A stretch of 64,000 nt of DNA, from assembly GCF_009914755.1 (NCBI RefSeq), contig NC_060939.1; one strand, 5' to 3'. Positions 15,835 through 33,013 of this stretch are shown here, in pieces; within the stretch, counting starts at the first letter, position 1; the number at the start of each line of letters is the position of its first letter. Below the pieces are notes generated by a model. The model worked only from the letters and a program-made list of their open reading frames with translations, did not search any database and was not told the DNA's origin. The DNA comes from the human T2T-CHM13v2.0 reference genome, Homo sapiens. The translations under genes were made by a program, and so were the position numbers.

Positions 15835-16616
15835 CAGTAGTCCCTTCATCCAAAGTTTCACTTTCAGCAGTTTCAGTTACCAGTGGTCAACCATGGTCCA
15901 AAAATATTAAATAGAAAAATGCAGAAATAAATAATTCGTAAGTTTTAAATTGCACGCTGTTCTGAGCTGCGTGATGAAATCTTGCACTGGCCCACTCCAC
16001 TCCCTCCACCTGGGACATGAATCCTCCCGCTTCCAGCGTATCACACTGTATATACCACCCGCCCTTCAGTCATTTAGTAGCCACCTCGTTATCAGACCAC
16101 AGTCCTTGTATTCAAGTAACCTTATTTTACTTAATAATGACTCAAGTGCAAGTCTTAATGCTGGCAATTCGGACATACCAAAGTAAAGCCTAAGTGGCTT
16201 TCTTTAAGGGAAAGGTGGAAGTTCTCAACAAGAAAAGAAAAAGTTGTATGTTGAGGTTGCTGAGATCCATGGTAAGAACGAATCTCCTATCTGTGAAGTT
16301 GTGATAAAGGAAAAAGAAATGCATGCTAGTTTTGCTGTCGCACTACACATGGCAAAAGTTATGGTCACAGAGCATTGATAAGTGCTTAGTTAAGGTGGAA
16401 AAGGCATTACATTTTTGTTTGCAAGACATGAAGAGAAAACATGTTCCCGACTGACAGCCATGTGTTGCACCAGATTAACTTCATTAAACTTTATCATAGG
16501 TCTGCATGTATAAGAAAAGGCATAGTATATATAGGGTTTGGTACTACCCATAGTTTCAGGCATTCACCGGGGGTCTTGGAACATATTCCCTGAGGATAAG
16601 GGAGAACTACTTACTG
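15835..16616 (+). mobile_element. MER44C/D (Tigger7 derivative)
   Basis: CAGTAGTCCC...GTTTCAGTTACC..GGTCAACC start; GGGGGTCTTGGAACAT...GGATAAGGG...TACTG-TA end. Confidence 0.85.
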
Positions 16617-17316
16617 TAAAGGAAAGGAGAAAGAAACTTAACCAGAATATGCAAATGTGTATAAATCTATAGGGGATCGTAAACTGAAGGAACTAATGCC
16701 TGATGGTCTCTCTCTCCTTTGTGAAAAATGAAACAATATGATCAGCTAAGAAAATGTAGTGAAGGTTTGGAATAGCTACTGAGGAGGACGCAAAGAACTG
16801 TGCAGCAGAATTGTTGGGTAGTATTTAGGCCTGCAAATATATACCCTAATGTGCACCAATCCAAACAACTGGATAGATTTCTCAAGCAGAATTCAGTCCA
16901 CGTGTAGGACTAACAGGTGTTTCTGTAATGGATGTAAAAGGAACACCAGGATGCAAAGGAGTTCAAGGCGTTAGTAAGGGTACAGTTGAAACCTGTGATT
17001 CATTTCAAAGTACACATTCTATGCAGATTTTTCAAGAAAAAAACATGCAGCAACTTAAGAACAGAGACTCTTCCCTTCCGGGGCCTAGGATTACTCCTTA
17101 TACTCAGAAGATATTCAGATATTTTTGAATGAGTGAATTAATTAACAAACAAAAATCTGACTTTGCTAAACATTTCTGAATGTATTAGGTTTACTTTTGT
17201 GATGAATATGTTGATTATTTTAGAGAATTAGAATTCTGTACCAAGAGCCACATTCCTATAATTTACTTATACTAAAATGACTAGACCAATGCCAAATTCA
17301 ATCTGGAACACAAAAG

Positions 17317-17322
17317 TTTATT
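17317..17322 (-). terminator. GATM polyadenylation signal AATAAA (secondary ATTAAA at 17399-17404)
   Basis: tttatt on + strand about 1 kb downstream of the stop codon at the end of an AT-rich UTR. Confidence 0.8.
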
Positions 17323-18281
17323 AGAATAAAAATACACATACGGTATCAACACTAAAATTATTTCACATCGCATTTAGGTTTTACCTCCATTAGTTTTTTT
17401 TAATGCTTATAAAGTCTATGCTCTAAATAATTTGCACATTTGTAAACAAATCTTAGATGACCAAAGATGCAGTGTATCTATCAGATATTGAATATCAAAA
17501 CTTAAGGATGGGAACTGATAGCGAAATCCAATTACACTAAACATTCCTAAATTTTTGGAAAGAGAGAAAAAGATTAAAATAATTCACTTGAAATGAGGTA
17601 AGATGTATATGAAAAGGTTTTTAGTAGCATATATCACAATGTTGAGATGAGAATATTAAAAACATTCATGGAAAATTCACTTTGATGTTTTGCATAGTCT
17701 AGGTTATTTTTTAAAAAACAAAAAATTAAAAATTACCCAAATTCCTTATTAGAAAAAGAGACAATTACCTGGTTCTACTTAGGATCTGTGTATGTTCTAA
17801 GTCTTTCTCTCCTTTAGAAAAAAAGAGATAATCTGATTCTATTTTGGATCTGTGTACATTCTAAGTCTTTCTCTCATTTAGAGAAAAACATTCTCAAGTC
17901 TATAGAAGAGGAAAAAAAATTAAGATTAGGACCAACATTTCAAGCTGCCTTTTGGAAAGAAAATTAAAAACAGAGGTAGATGGTTAATTATTAGTGGCCA
18001 AGTTACTCAGGTGACTAATTTTTTCTTGGTACACATTCACCAAAATTTTATACTTGAAGCCAAATAGTAAATAACTTTAGGAGTAGAGAGTAATACCTAG
18101 CAGAAGTTATTTTCTTTATGTCAAAGAAAAGTAATAGAAGCAAACCAGGCTTACGACCCCTGTTAAGGAGATGATTGTTTAAAGCACTACAGTTCATGCA
18201 CTTTTTAAAGCAGGAGAATGAACCTTGCCCCTAAGCTTCTTAGGTGTATCTGAGGCCAGCCACAAGCTCCATCAGGCCTGT

Positions 18282-18416
<135 letters not shown>

Positions 18417-19171
18417 TCAGTTAGATGGACTAACATGACGATTCTCATAGAGAAAGTAGGCCTACAGACTTGGAGGAGTCCTGTGGTTCTAATCCTTAAG
18501 GATACCCAACCCAGAATAGTATTTTCTCTTCCAATTTTATTTTCACCAACTATATTTCATCTGCTAATATAAAATCTTCTCCAAAAAGTCAACAGAGAAC
18601 TCTGAAGTTTTGTTCTATTGACTATTCACAAGTCAATAGACTGAGCAGATGTACCTACCAAATGTTCAAAATGGTCAAGTACTAAAATCTCAAGGCCTTT
18701 TAGAATTATACATTAACTACTTTGTCAGACTGTTTCTAATTTTACCATGTTAATTTAGTAGGCAAAGCAAAATTTAGCTGACCTAAAAAGCTGACTTTAC
18801 ATATTCACATATAAGGAGAGTTTATCTGATACAGATTAACTTCACCAGGCCACCATAAGGAAACAATGGAACAGAGCTGGTGTTTTAATATCTGGGTTTG
18901 TATGGTTATACAGGTACCAAAGCAAATCCAACAATCAGTTTAATCTGGTACCATCTGTAATGACAAGGCTATGATGTGCATGGCCTATTTAACCAATGGT
19001 ATTTAGGAAGAATCTGTTGTGTTAGATATAGTGGGGTTTTAAAAAGAAAATCTATTATTCTTCCTCAAGGAGCTAATTATTTTGAGAGGAGGATAGGCTA
19101 CAAAGTCACTAAAGGGTCCATTGGTATAGCCAGGGAGAGGAAGGTGGCATGAGCCATTCAGAAAGACTTTC

Positions 19172-19443
19172 CTAGTCGCGCATGGTAGCTCACACCCATA
19201 ATCCCAATGCTATGGGAGGCATAGGTGGATGGATCACTTGAGGTCAGGAGTTCGAGACCAGCCTGGCCAAGCCCCTCTCTACTAAAAATACAAAATTAGC
19301 CAGGCATGGTGGTGTATGCTTGTAATCCCAGCTACTCAGGAGGCTGCGGCAGGAGAATCGCTTGAACCCAGAAAGTGTAGGTTGCAGTGAGCCGAGGTCA
19401 CGCCACTACACTACAGCCTGGGCGACACAGCTCTGTCTCAAAA
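19172..19443 (+). mobile_element. Alu in GATM intron 8 (antisense to gene)
   Basis: Dimer with small deletions. Confidence 0.9.
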
Positions 19444-20058
19444 TACACACACACACCCCTTTATAATAGCTCATATGAAAATCCTTTCCCTTCAACATTT
19501 TTCTCAATAATACTAGAATCATTGGTCTAAATTTTGAATATCAGGATAAGTAAACTACTTAAGTAAAACCTGGTCCTGCTCTTCAGTTCAAAACTGAATG
19601 ATTTACTGACACACTTTCTTGCATTTCGCTACTTTGTTAACTATGCTTATCACACATAAAAGTCACTTCTGCATCCGTACCCTTTTGAGTCCTTTGAAAT
19701 ATGTGATGACAGGACACTTTTAAAGGACCCACAATGATTTCTTATTTGAAGAAGGGCTGAACAAGCTATCTGCTCACCTGCAAAGGGGTGGTTTTCTGCA
19801 CATGGGCACCAAAACGTTGGCTAAGTCATATAAGATTTATAAACTTATTGTTAAGGGGATGTCTCAGGAGCTCAGGATGCATCTCCAACTTGTTGGGGCT
19901 ACGTGTGTTGAAAATAAAAATACTGACTTTCTGTGAAATAATAACTTGGTGCCTCTAAAAGGAATCAAAATTGAATTAGACAAACCATTTATCAAACCTA
20001 GCATGTCATTTCTTTAGTTCTTCTCATTTAACGTTTTCATGTATGACAACATGTTTCA

Positions 20059-20208
<150 letters not shown>

Positions 20209-20414
20209 TTAAACCATGTCCGCTATCATTTTTGTTTAAAGCAAGGATTTACAAGTGAAGAATATTAAAGTGACAGCTCAGTTCTTTCAGTAGTTCACTT
20301 TCCATGTGAACATTTATTTTAATCTTAAAACAATTTATCTATAAATGGTATGAATCAATCTGTACTCATTATACATTTGAATTTCACCCTGTTTTCTTTT
20401 AAAAGTCATATCTT

Positions 20415-20722
20415 GGCTGGGCATGGTATAATCCTAGCACTTTGGGAGGCTGAGGCAGGAGGATTCCTTGAGCCTAGGAGTTTGAGACTATTGCCCAGAG
20501 ATGGTGCCTCACTGGGGAACACAGCAAGACATCATCTCTACAAATAAAAAAAAATAACTTGCTGGGCATAGTGGCCTGCATTTGTAGTCCCAGCTACTTA
20601 GGAAGCTGGAGTGGAAAGATCACTTGAGCCCAGGAGTCTTGAGGCTGCAGTGAGCTGTGACTGCACAACTGCACTCAAGCCTGGGTGACAAAGCAAGACA
20701 CTGTCTCAAAAAAAAAAAAAAA
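20415..20722 (+). mobile_element. AluJ in GATM intron 7
   Basis: Diverged dimer; TSD AAAAGTCATATCTT. Confidence 0.9.
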
Positions 20723-20946
20723 GTCATATCTTGCTTTACGTGATGTTGTTTTATTCTGTCTTCTCCTTACTTCATTTTCTATGGATGAAAAAGTTGCAAA
20801 CACAAGTCCCAGCCTTGTTCTGATGCTCACAGTCCCAAGCACCACTTCACACCTTACTGAGGAAACACATTCTCTAAGCTGCTAACATTTGGGCTGCTCT
20901 CTATAGGAGAAAGATCCTTGGTCACTAAAGTAATTATTTTAGTCTA

Positions 20947-21063
<117 letters not shown>

Positions 21064-22179
21064 TTAAATCTACATATACTATTATTATTATTAGTCTCTA
21101 ATAGCCCTTATCAGTAATAATTCTCTTTGAGAAGCTGTCTTCTCAGCTTCCAAAAGAAAGAAATTAAAATTTCTAAACATTTGGGTGATTTTGTCTGAAT
21201 CCTAATTAAAAATGTACATAAAATCCCCAGATTAAAGTTAAAAAGTAACAGAAATGTTACAGCTTTTAAAGATAGTCTTAACTTTTCTCAGGTTTCAGAG
21301 ACTTAAAAAACCAAAGATACTGTCCTTAAGAAATTCTCATTTTAAAAATTGAAAAATTTCCTATTTAGTTACAAGAAAACAAAAATGTGACTACATCAAA
21401 CCCACAGTCCTTCTACTTCTTGCCCATCATTTTGTATCTAGGACCATGGTATAAAGACAGTTGTTAGCTATGCATTCTCAAAGAACCATATTGTCCTTAG
21501 TGACCTTTTACAACTTAGCCGTCCCTGTGTTCACATACCCACTTACTATACGAATAAATGATAATAAAATGAAATGAATAAGTAGTCATGGTCATCGGGT
21601 TTAAAAATAAAAAACAGAAATGAACAGTGACACAGTATAACAGTGGTTTTTAAAAGTTGTACTGCAGCCTTGCAAGTAACAGAAAATCACTCATCACCTA
21701 ACTGGAAGTAGGAGGCTATGGACAGAAAGTAGGAGGCTGCAGGTGAAGGGGATAGACCAGCTGCAGTGCAGTGGCTTCACTTTTCCCTACAGAGCAGGGT
21801 TGGCCAAAGGGAGGCTACCCCACTGTAGAGGGAATACAACCACTGCCCAGTGGCATTGCCCTGGCCATGCAAGGATGATCTTGTCCAAAATTCGCTGCTG
21901 TGGAACCACTGTTGCAAGTTATAACACCATCGTTTGATAAAAATACACACATATGCACAAACTTGAGGCTCTGACAACAGCAAGTGGCCAAAGTCTGATG
22001 ATCCCATACTAATTATTGTGTCAACTATGTATATTTCTGCATGGTGGACATCTTGTAATAAGCCATAAGGAATCCAATGTTTGATCATAATAATGTTGAG
22101 TACTGCTGAATCTGTCATTTAGAACCATTAGGAACCATGGAAGTGCTTAAAATAAAAGTGGCAATTATTTTAGTTACTA

Positions 22180-22425
<246 letters not shown>

Positions 22426-22525
22426 CTATGTCTAGAAAACTAAAAATATTCAAGGTGAAAAAAATTTAGGATGAAAATATTTTAATTTGGAAGTAAAGAA
22501 TACAATAATATAGTGTGAAATTTCA

Positions 22526-22681
<156 letters not shown>

Positions 22682-22895
22682 CTAATTGGAACAAGAATGA
22701 ACACACACAATGCACTGGATCATGAGAAAATTATTCATAAGGCATACAGTACTAAGAAAATTAGTTTAACATCATTTCCCAAAATATTACTACTCAGTTC
22801 TAGACTAAAACATGCCTGGGAAAGAAGCGGGTCCATGATAAATAAACCAAAACAACAATAAAACAAGAAACTAGCATTATAGTAATTTCCTGATA

Positions 22896-23609
<714 letters not shown>

Positions 23610-24233
23610 TTAGAAAAGGAATTTGGTCCCGAGCTTAACTCATACCATAAAACGAGATGCCATGTTTCCCCTGCCAAATTTGATTGGGAGTGGCAAAACT
23701 AATTCATTATTTATTTCTGTCTTTAAACCCAGAAGCTATTTTGATTTTTAAATTTTTTTCTATAAAAGATCAAATGGTAACTGATTTAATAAGGGACATA
23801 CATTTCATTTTACTGTGAATTTGAACTGTAGATCAGGTTCTTTTTCTAGAAGAAGAAAGTGAACTTCAGTCTAGTGACTTTTCTGGTTCCACTAATGAAC
23901 AGTGGTACACCTGTAGGCAAGTTTTTCCCCATCTAATGGAATGATACTACAGTATGATTAGGGTTGTTGTGAAAAACAAACAGGATTGAGGATGTAAATA
24001 AAGGGTTTAACCCAGGACCCAGAACAAGGTAAGCACCAAAAAGTGTTAGCCATTATTATTATTATCATAGGATCATTTACTCTTATCATATTCATCATAA
24101 AATAATCACTTTTTAAAAATAAGATGATGTTTTCGGTTTCTAAAATGCATAATATATACAAGGTATCAGAGAATCTCTATCTTACTCTTTGTGGATCATT
24201 TAGAAAAGTTAGTAATAAGCTAGCCTATAATTA

Positions 24234-24494
<261 letters not shown>

Positions 24495-24502
24495 CTATAT
24501 AG

Positions 24503-24801
24503 GGCCAGGCACAGTGGCTCATGCCTGTAATCCCACCACTTTGGGAGGCCAAGACGGGCGGATCACTTGATCCTCTTCAAGAGCAGCCTGGCCAACATGG
24601 TCAAGCCCCATCTCTACTAAAAGAATACGAAAACAATTAGCCAGGCATGGTGGCACGTGCCTGTAATCCTAGCTACTCGGGAGACTGAGGCAGGAGAATC
24701 ACTTGAACCAAGAGGCAAAGGCTGCAGTGAGCCGAGATTGTGCCACCACACTCCAGCCTGGGCGACAGAGTGAGACTCTGTCTCAAACAAACAAACAAAA
24801 A
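24503..24801 (+). mobile_element. Alu in GATM intron 3
   Basis: Dimer; TSD-like AAAA.GTCTATATA on both sides. Confidence 0.95.
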
Positions 24802-25493
24802 ATGTCTATATAATATTACCTCTTTTTTTGGTTAAAAAAATTGCTAGAAATACATGTGTGTATATATATATGAAAATAGCAAAAAATTCGAATAACACAT
24901 ACTAGATTGTTAACATGAATTGTGTGGTGGGGGGGAAGCCCAGAAAAAAAAGAAAAGAAAAAAAAGTGAAGGAATAAAGTCCTTGTACAAAGAGATCTTG
25001 AACCACCAAGCTTTCACCATTTGTAAGCTCCTTTCTTGCTATACAGAAACACAGCTCTTAAAGGACTATCGGTATCACAAGATAAAAATTGAGCCAAGGA
25101 TCAATCTAAAACTAGAAATTAGAACAGTGACCTAAGGCACAAGAACAGTCATGCAGCAATGTCAGTTAAAAATAAAATGGAAATGTTTCTATTCCCCTTT
25201 TAATTTCTGTTCTTGAGGAAAATTAAACGAATCCACTGTTATTATGTAAGGAAATGGCTATAAAGTTTAGGAAAACTTGTCATTTCAAGGAGATTCCACG
25301 AGATGGAATGGAGTTTAGAATGTATACATCTTAATCATATCAACATGGACCAAACCATTCCTAAATAAATCTTTAAAGTTTTCAAGAACTAGCAAAGCAA
25401 AGGACTCTCCAAGAAATTTTTTGGAGCTTTCCCCTTACACATTAAGAAAGAAATTGAAAATTCAGACACTGGCAGTTTAGTTATCTGACATCA

Positions 25494-25754
<261 letters not shown>

Positions 25755-26267
25755 TCATAGGCAGTAAACAGCTCTTTGTATAAGGTATTGGAATTGAGAC
25801 TCCAACCACTCCATGTTCAGTGCTGATCCCTAGCATTGAGCACATAAGCCCTCTGGGCAGACACTCAGTATCTGTTGAATGAAGAACTCTAAAACATCTT
25901 GATATTTTGAGGCCTTTTGCTCCTCCTGCCTGAGATCTCATGGCCAACCACTAACAGCATGTTTACCTTCAGACAGACTTGGAATCCTCTTGGCCAGTTT
26001 TTTTGCCATGCTTTGCAGACAAAACAGGACATAGCACTTCTATTAGAGAGCCTCAATAAAATGAAACAAGAGAACACACAAACTAGCATAAGAGAATAAA
26101 AGCACTTATACTAAGCCAAAACCATGGGCTATCCATGCATCTCAGAATTCTGTCTAGAAAATAGCACCTCAAGATATTTTGTGAAGGGAAAAAAAAAGAT
26201 ATTTTGCCCCGTTAAGATCAGGAGCATACTTTCAAATATGCTTTATTTCTCTTAAAACCCCATTATT

Positions 26268-26682
<415 letters not shown>

Positions 26683-26939
26683 TCATACCAACCACACCTC
26701 TCCTTTTTCTAATCCATTCAGCTCTCACATCTCTTCAAGTCTTTTTGTCATACAAGGAAGTGATATGATAAGCAAATTCACAAATTTTTAATAACTGAAA
26801 AAAAATTTAGAAAGTTTCCAGGGCTATGTGTATTTTAGAAGACAACTAAAGAGAAAACATTTGAATGCTTTAAAATGGCTCAATCAGTTTGCTAAAAATT
26901 ATTGTTGAATAGGGTAGGTGCAACAGCTGTTAAATATTG

Positions 26940-27246
26940 TTGTTTGTTTGTTTTTGTTTTTGAGATGGAGTCTCACTCTGTTGCCCAGACAGGAGTGCAA
27001 TGGCACCATCTCAGCTCACTGCAACCTCCGCCTCCCACCAGGTTCAAATGATTCTCCTGCCTCAACTCCCTGAGTAACTGGGATTACAGGCGCATGCCAC
27101 CACGCCCGGCTAATTTTTTGTATTTTTAGTAGAGACAGGGTTTCACCATGTTGGCCAGGCTGGTCTCAATCTCCTGACCTCGTGATCCACCCGCGTCGGC
27201 CCCCCAAAGGGCTGGGATTATAGGTGTGAGCCACCATGCCCGGCCA
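26940..27246 (-). mobile_element. Alu in GATM intron 2 (sense to gene)
   Basis: Reverse dimer; TSD AAATATTG. Confidence 0.95.
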
Positions 27247-28254
27247 AAATATTGGTTTTCAAAAATGTAAAAATCTAGACAGATTCTGCATTCAGATTGT
27301 TTTCCAAATGTCTAAGTTCTTAGTCAATTTCTCAATCATAAATACATTGAGAAATGTACGTGATGCATCTTCCCATTTTTCAAGCTAAATGAAGCAGAAC
27401 GCCAATCAGAGAATCCAGACTCTAAGAAAAAGCCTTGAACCTTCATCAAAAGATTAGCAAAGCAATGTACATTGATATATTTTAAGTTTAAAAATGTTTT
27501 AAGTGTTTTAATTTAAATTTTTGTTTAAAACTGGTTAAAGCAGGTATTTTAAAAATGTTTATTTATATAATTGATGAACTGACAAACTACTAGTCCTGAT
27601 CATGTCAGATATGACAGTCTCCACCATAAATCAGATAATTTCAGATAGCAATAAGTACTAGAAAGGTGTAAAACTTGGTAATGGGCTCAAGTGTGTCACA
27701 GTGTGTCTACTTTAGCTGGATATTCTCATTTGGTTTCCCAGCAATCCTATCAAAGAAACAGGGCAAGTTCTCATATGCTTATTTCACATGTAAGGAAAGA
27801 GGCTCTGGCAGGTCACATGCTTGCTAGCTATCTGGACAAGCAGGACTAGAACTCAAGTTCTCTGACTGTTACTCAAAGAGTGTCCCTAATACATCATGGG
27901 ACTTGGCCATGTTATACTGGTTTGAACACTTCTAACTAGATGTGCAAAAACTTTTAAGACTGGAATTGCTTAACAAGTTCAAATTGTCCCAATGGCTTTT
28001 ACTCATCAAGACTGATCAAATGTCTAGATGTTTAGCTCTTTAATGTCAAAAACAATATCTTTTCTAGATTTTGTGTCTCGACTTCCATTTTTATCTCAGT
28101 CTGACAAATATCAAATATATGAAAGTGGACCCATCTCTGGTTAGTTCAATATCCAGGTTCACATCAGTTACGCTGGAACCTAGCTTGGTGAATAAGGAAT
28201 AAGCCAAGAAACAGGTCTTTAGAAAAACTGAATGATGCCAGTGAAAGTCTTAAA

Positions 28255-28480
28255 CAGAGGCTGGTAAAAAAAGGTCCATAGGCAAATTTGGCCTGCTGCT
28301 TGTTTTTGTAAATAAAGTTTTACAGGAACGCAGGCACATTCATTTGTTTACGTATTGTCTATGGCTGCTTTTGCACTACAATGGCACAGCTGAGAGTTGA
28401 GTAGTTGCAACAGAGACCGATGGTCTGCAAAGCCTAAATTACTTATTATCTGGTAGAAAGATGAAGTTTGCTGACGCCTG
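28255..28480. mobile_element. MER58A (non-autonomous hAT)
   Basis: TTTTTGTAAATAAAGTTTT...ATTGTCTATGGCTGCTTT...GAGTAGTTGCAACAGAGACC...AAGTTTGCTGACGCCTG. Confidence 0.85.
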
Positions 28481-29388
28481 GGGTCTGAATCATTAATTAG
28501 CTCTTTTACTAAGGTCTATAGGCAAACAGCAGGCTGAATTTCTGGACTAATGAAAAATGTTATCATCATTAAACATTTTTAAAGACCAAGCTACCCTTTC
28601 AAAAAACAAAATAAAAGCACTCCACTGTTTTCTACTCCTAGGAATTTCTGCAACAGCAACCAGAAAGAGGATAATAATGACTCTTTATATTCCTCTCAGA
28701 TACATGCTGGTACTACTCATCCATTCACCACTTCCTCCTTCTCATGCCAGGCACATCTCCTACAATCCACTAGGGACAAGAAGCCTTTGAAAATTTAACA
28801 CTGGGTTACAGCAGATGCAGAGTTATGCTGTCTTGCCAGACTCATTCCAAAGTATCCTCCGTGACTATTTGTGCAGGGTGAAGCTTGCCTTGATAAATTA
28901 AACCTTCCTGGGAGAAAAAGGTTATTTGAACAAATGTGATTTTTTCTTGTAGAGTTTATAATCTGGCAAAGGTTGGGCAAAGTACAAATGATCAGGGCAC
29001 AATACGTTTTACAAGAGATAGCTAGAAATTGTTTACACTTCCTTTATAACCCTGCTAAATGAGCCAGCAATCATTCACCAAGTTGTTTGCAAGATGATGA
29101 ACACTATATTAGACGCTTAGCATATGATGCTTTTAATAATCTGTTGCAAAGGTATGTCTGCATTCCTTGAACCTTTATATTCTTTCAAAGCCTAAAACCC
29201 TTTACAAAGGTTTGCCAAGTGAATTTTTAAATACTGTCTTTGGAAGGCTAAGAAATGACAACAGAAATGTATTTATCCAGCTGTAAGCTTATATTACACT
29301 AATCTTGATTAATCTTGTATTTTATAAAAGGTCCTTTATCAAGGGCTTTATTTTTAAAAGACAAAAGCAAAACAAAAAACATATTTGA

Positions 29389-29689
<301 letters not shown>

Positions 29690-31235
29690 CTATATATATA
29701 TATATTTGATAGCAGATATTTACTATATTTTGCAGAACAAAAAGTCACAGAGCTTTAAAAAATTATGCTTCCCAACAATTATGTTCCACATTCCTTTCCT
29801 TAAAATTTCTCTAGTACTTATATCTTCCAACATCTTCTGCTCTGATTGCCTATGGACAGTTTACTACATTATTTTTTCTTTTATTGTTCCCAAACTGATT
29901 AATATATGTGTCATTCTTCTCTACTACGAGGCATGGCCTTGCTTGCTAGGATCCATGCATGTCTTAGATTTACTTTCTTCTCCCTCAAAACCAGGCTTAG
30001 CACATGGCATGAAACAGAAATAACCATTATTTCCTGTCTAGAATCAAAGAGAGAAAGAGAAAGAAGAATAAACAAACAAAAAGAACCAGACGAATGAAAT
30101 CAATACTGCTAATGTTACTGATATCTACAACTATTACACCGACAAAGTACCTTTGGAATGTAATTGGCAAACTGGATCCATACAACTATAATAAGTTGTT
30201 GTGTTGTCCTTTAAAATACTTAACATGTAACCTTTTATCTTTAGATTAATCCTTAATCCTGTTAGGTAGATAGCAAACTAGCAAACCTCTTAATATCTTC
30301 ATTTTACTGTGGCCCAGAAATTTGTGGAATCTTGTACAAGGTCAAATAGCTAAGTAACCGAGACTAGCTATCAAGTTTTTATCAAATACCTAATTAATCC
30401 CAGACTCCTGACTTCAGCATGGTACTTTTTCCACAAGTCCATGAAATGACAAAGTCTAAAGTCATAAATCAAGTGACAAAGAACTCAAAATTACCTCTGA
30501 GAATTCTGATTCTGTAAAATCGCATGATATGAAAGTCTATCATTTTAAAGACAAGTAGAAGGATAAATTATTGCTTGGATTTAAATTTTAATTTCACCCA
30601 ATTAAAATGGTTAGGGGATGGGACTTTTCAAGAAAAGACTTAAAAAGACTACTATGCCTTTTAAAAACATGTGGATGGTGTATAAATTAATCTTCTCATC
30701 AAATTCCAAATATCAGAACCAAAGATAGTTTCAGAACAATTAGAAGTTATTACTTTTTCTATTTCCCTGTCTTCCAAGTCTAACTCAGGAGTCATTTTCT
30801 TCAAGAGGACTTCTTAACTGGCCAGCCCTTGGTCATTCCTCTTTCCTGGCACTTCAACTGCCTTGTCAGTCGACTGGAATAAGATACTTGGTCTTCGTTT
30901 CTATGTGAACATCAAATCTCTTCAAATAGAAAGGAAGATCTTTTATATTAATACCTCTAGAGCCCTGGTACATGGTAGGCAATATTTCTGAAGACCACGA
31001 CAATGCTGTTACAGAACTTCTTTCCTCAATCCACTTTACAAATAAAAGTGTAAATATTCAGGAAAAATTTAAGGACACTAAAGATACATTTGTAACCCAT
31101 TATTAATAGGAGTCTAGGCTGTGTCTACAATGTGGAAAGTGGTCCCTTAGATATGGAATCCTTATGCAGTATAGAACCTGAACACCAGCCCATAGAGGCC
31201 CTGGATATAAGAACGTTACAGATAAAAACCACTAG

Positions 31236-31541
<306 letters not shown>

Positions 31542-32749
31542 ACCACTAGGAGTTTTTAAAAAGAGAGATATTACTTGTTGCCAGGGAAATCCTGGAAGAC
31601 TTTGTGAAAGGTGTCATTGAAGCTAGGTGGTGGTAGGTTTAAACTACAGACTAAAGGGCACAGGAAGATGGATGGAAGAGACTTAGGTAGGGGCAAAGAT
31701 GCAGGGCTTGTGAAGAAACAGTGAGTAGTCTAGCTTAGCTGCCTTATATGGTTGTCTTATAAAGTCTGCTGAAAACCAGGGTGGAATATTAGAGGATAGA
31801 GGGACTTGACCAGAAATGAACACCTGCTAATCTGCTGTACTAACAGATGAGTCAATAACTGGAATGGGGAATCCTGGAAATGCAGACAAGAGTCAGATTG
31901 TGAAGGATCTTGAATACCATGAAGACTTTATCCTAAACAATGCGGGGGGTGGTGGGGTAGTGGGGGTCGCCTAGCAAAGTACAGGAGGAAAAGAAGCAGG
32001 ATGAGTAACATGATCACATCTGAGTTTTAAAAAATCACTTGGATTGCAGCTGCCAGGTGATTTGGTGAGAAGAGTGAGTAGGAGTGACCAGTTAGGAGTT
32101 AACTGCAATAGTCCAGGCAGCAGATGAGCTCCCAACCTTTAGGGAGAGGCAAAGCAGAGGAATGAGGCAAGATTCATTTTTGACAAAAGCCTTGTTACAT
32201 CACGTGACATAAGGAGAAATCAAAGATGATTCTTTTGTGTTTTAGCTTGATTAAATAGGAATGCCAATAATTAAAAGGCAGGAATGAGGAGGGATCCACT
32301 TGAGCAGGTGGCTGGCAACTGAACTCCAGATGTGCCAAGTTTGAAGTCCTGTGGCAATATCCCGTAAGGAGTTTAACTCGTTGATCTGGAAGGAGTTCAA
32401 TACAGAGATCCGGACCAGAGAGGAGGTGGGAGCGGTAGCTGTGAGAATGGCTAAGAGAAGGGGGCTGAAAGTAATATTCTGTTCAACCTTGCCATTACAG
32501 GCTGTGACGGAAGAAGATCTGAGGACAGTGAAAGAACTATTATTCCCAGAAAAGCTCTCTCAGAATCCAAGGGAAGAGCTTCAGGAAGCTCTTCAGGAAG
32601 GAAGCAATTATCATTGGTGTAAATAGTGTCAAATACCACAGAGGTGTCAAGTAAGATAACTTAATCACTGGATTGAGAGGTCTGGGAGTAAGCTGAAGGG
32701 AAAGCAGTCAGAGGGTAGCAGCAGCAGGTGAGGAGGGAGCGCACTTTCA

Positions 32750-33013
<264 letters not shown>

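Noticed and set aside
21704-21740. AAGTAGGAGGCT repeated twice in GATM intron 6
   Set aside because: 12-bp slippage-type duplication, common and uninformative
31943-31967. G-rich tract GGGGGGTGGTGGGGTAGTGGGGG
   Set aside because: Only three clear G3+ runs, inside L2-like sequence; weak G4 candidate
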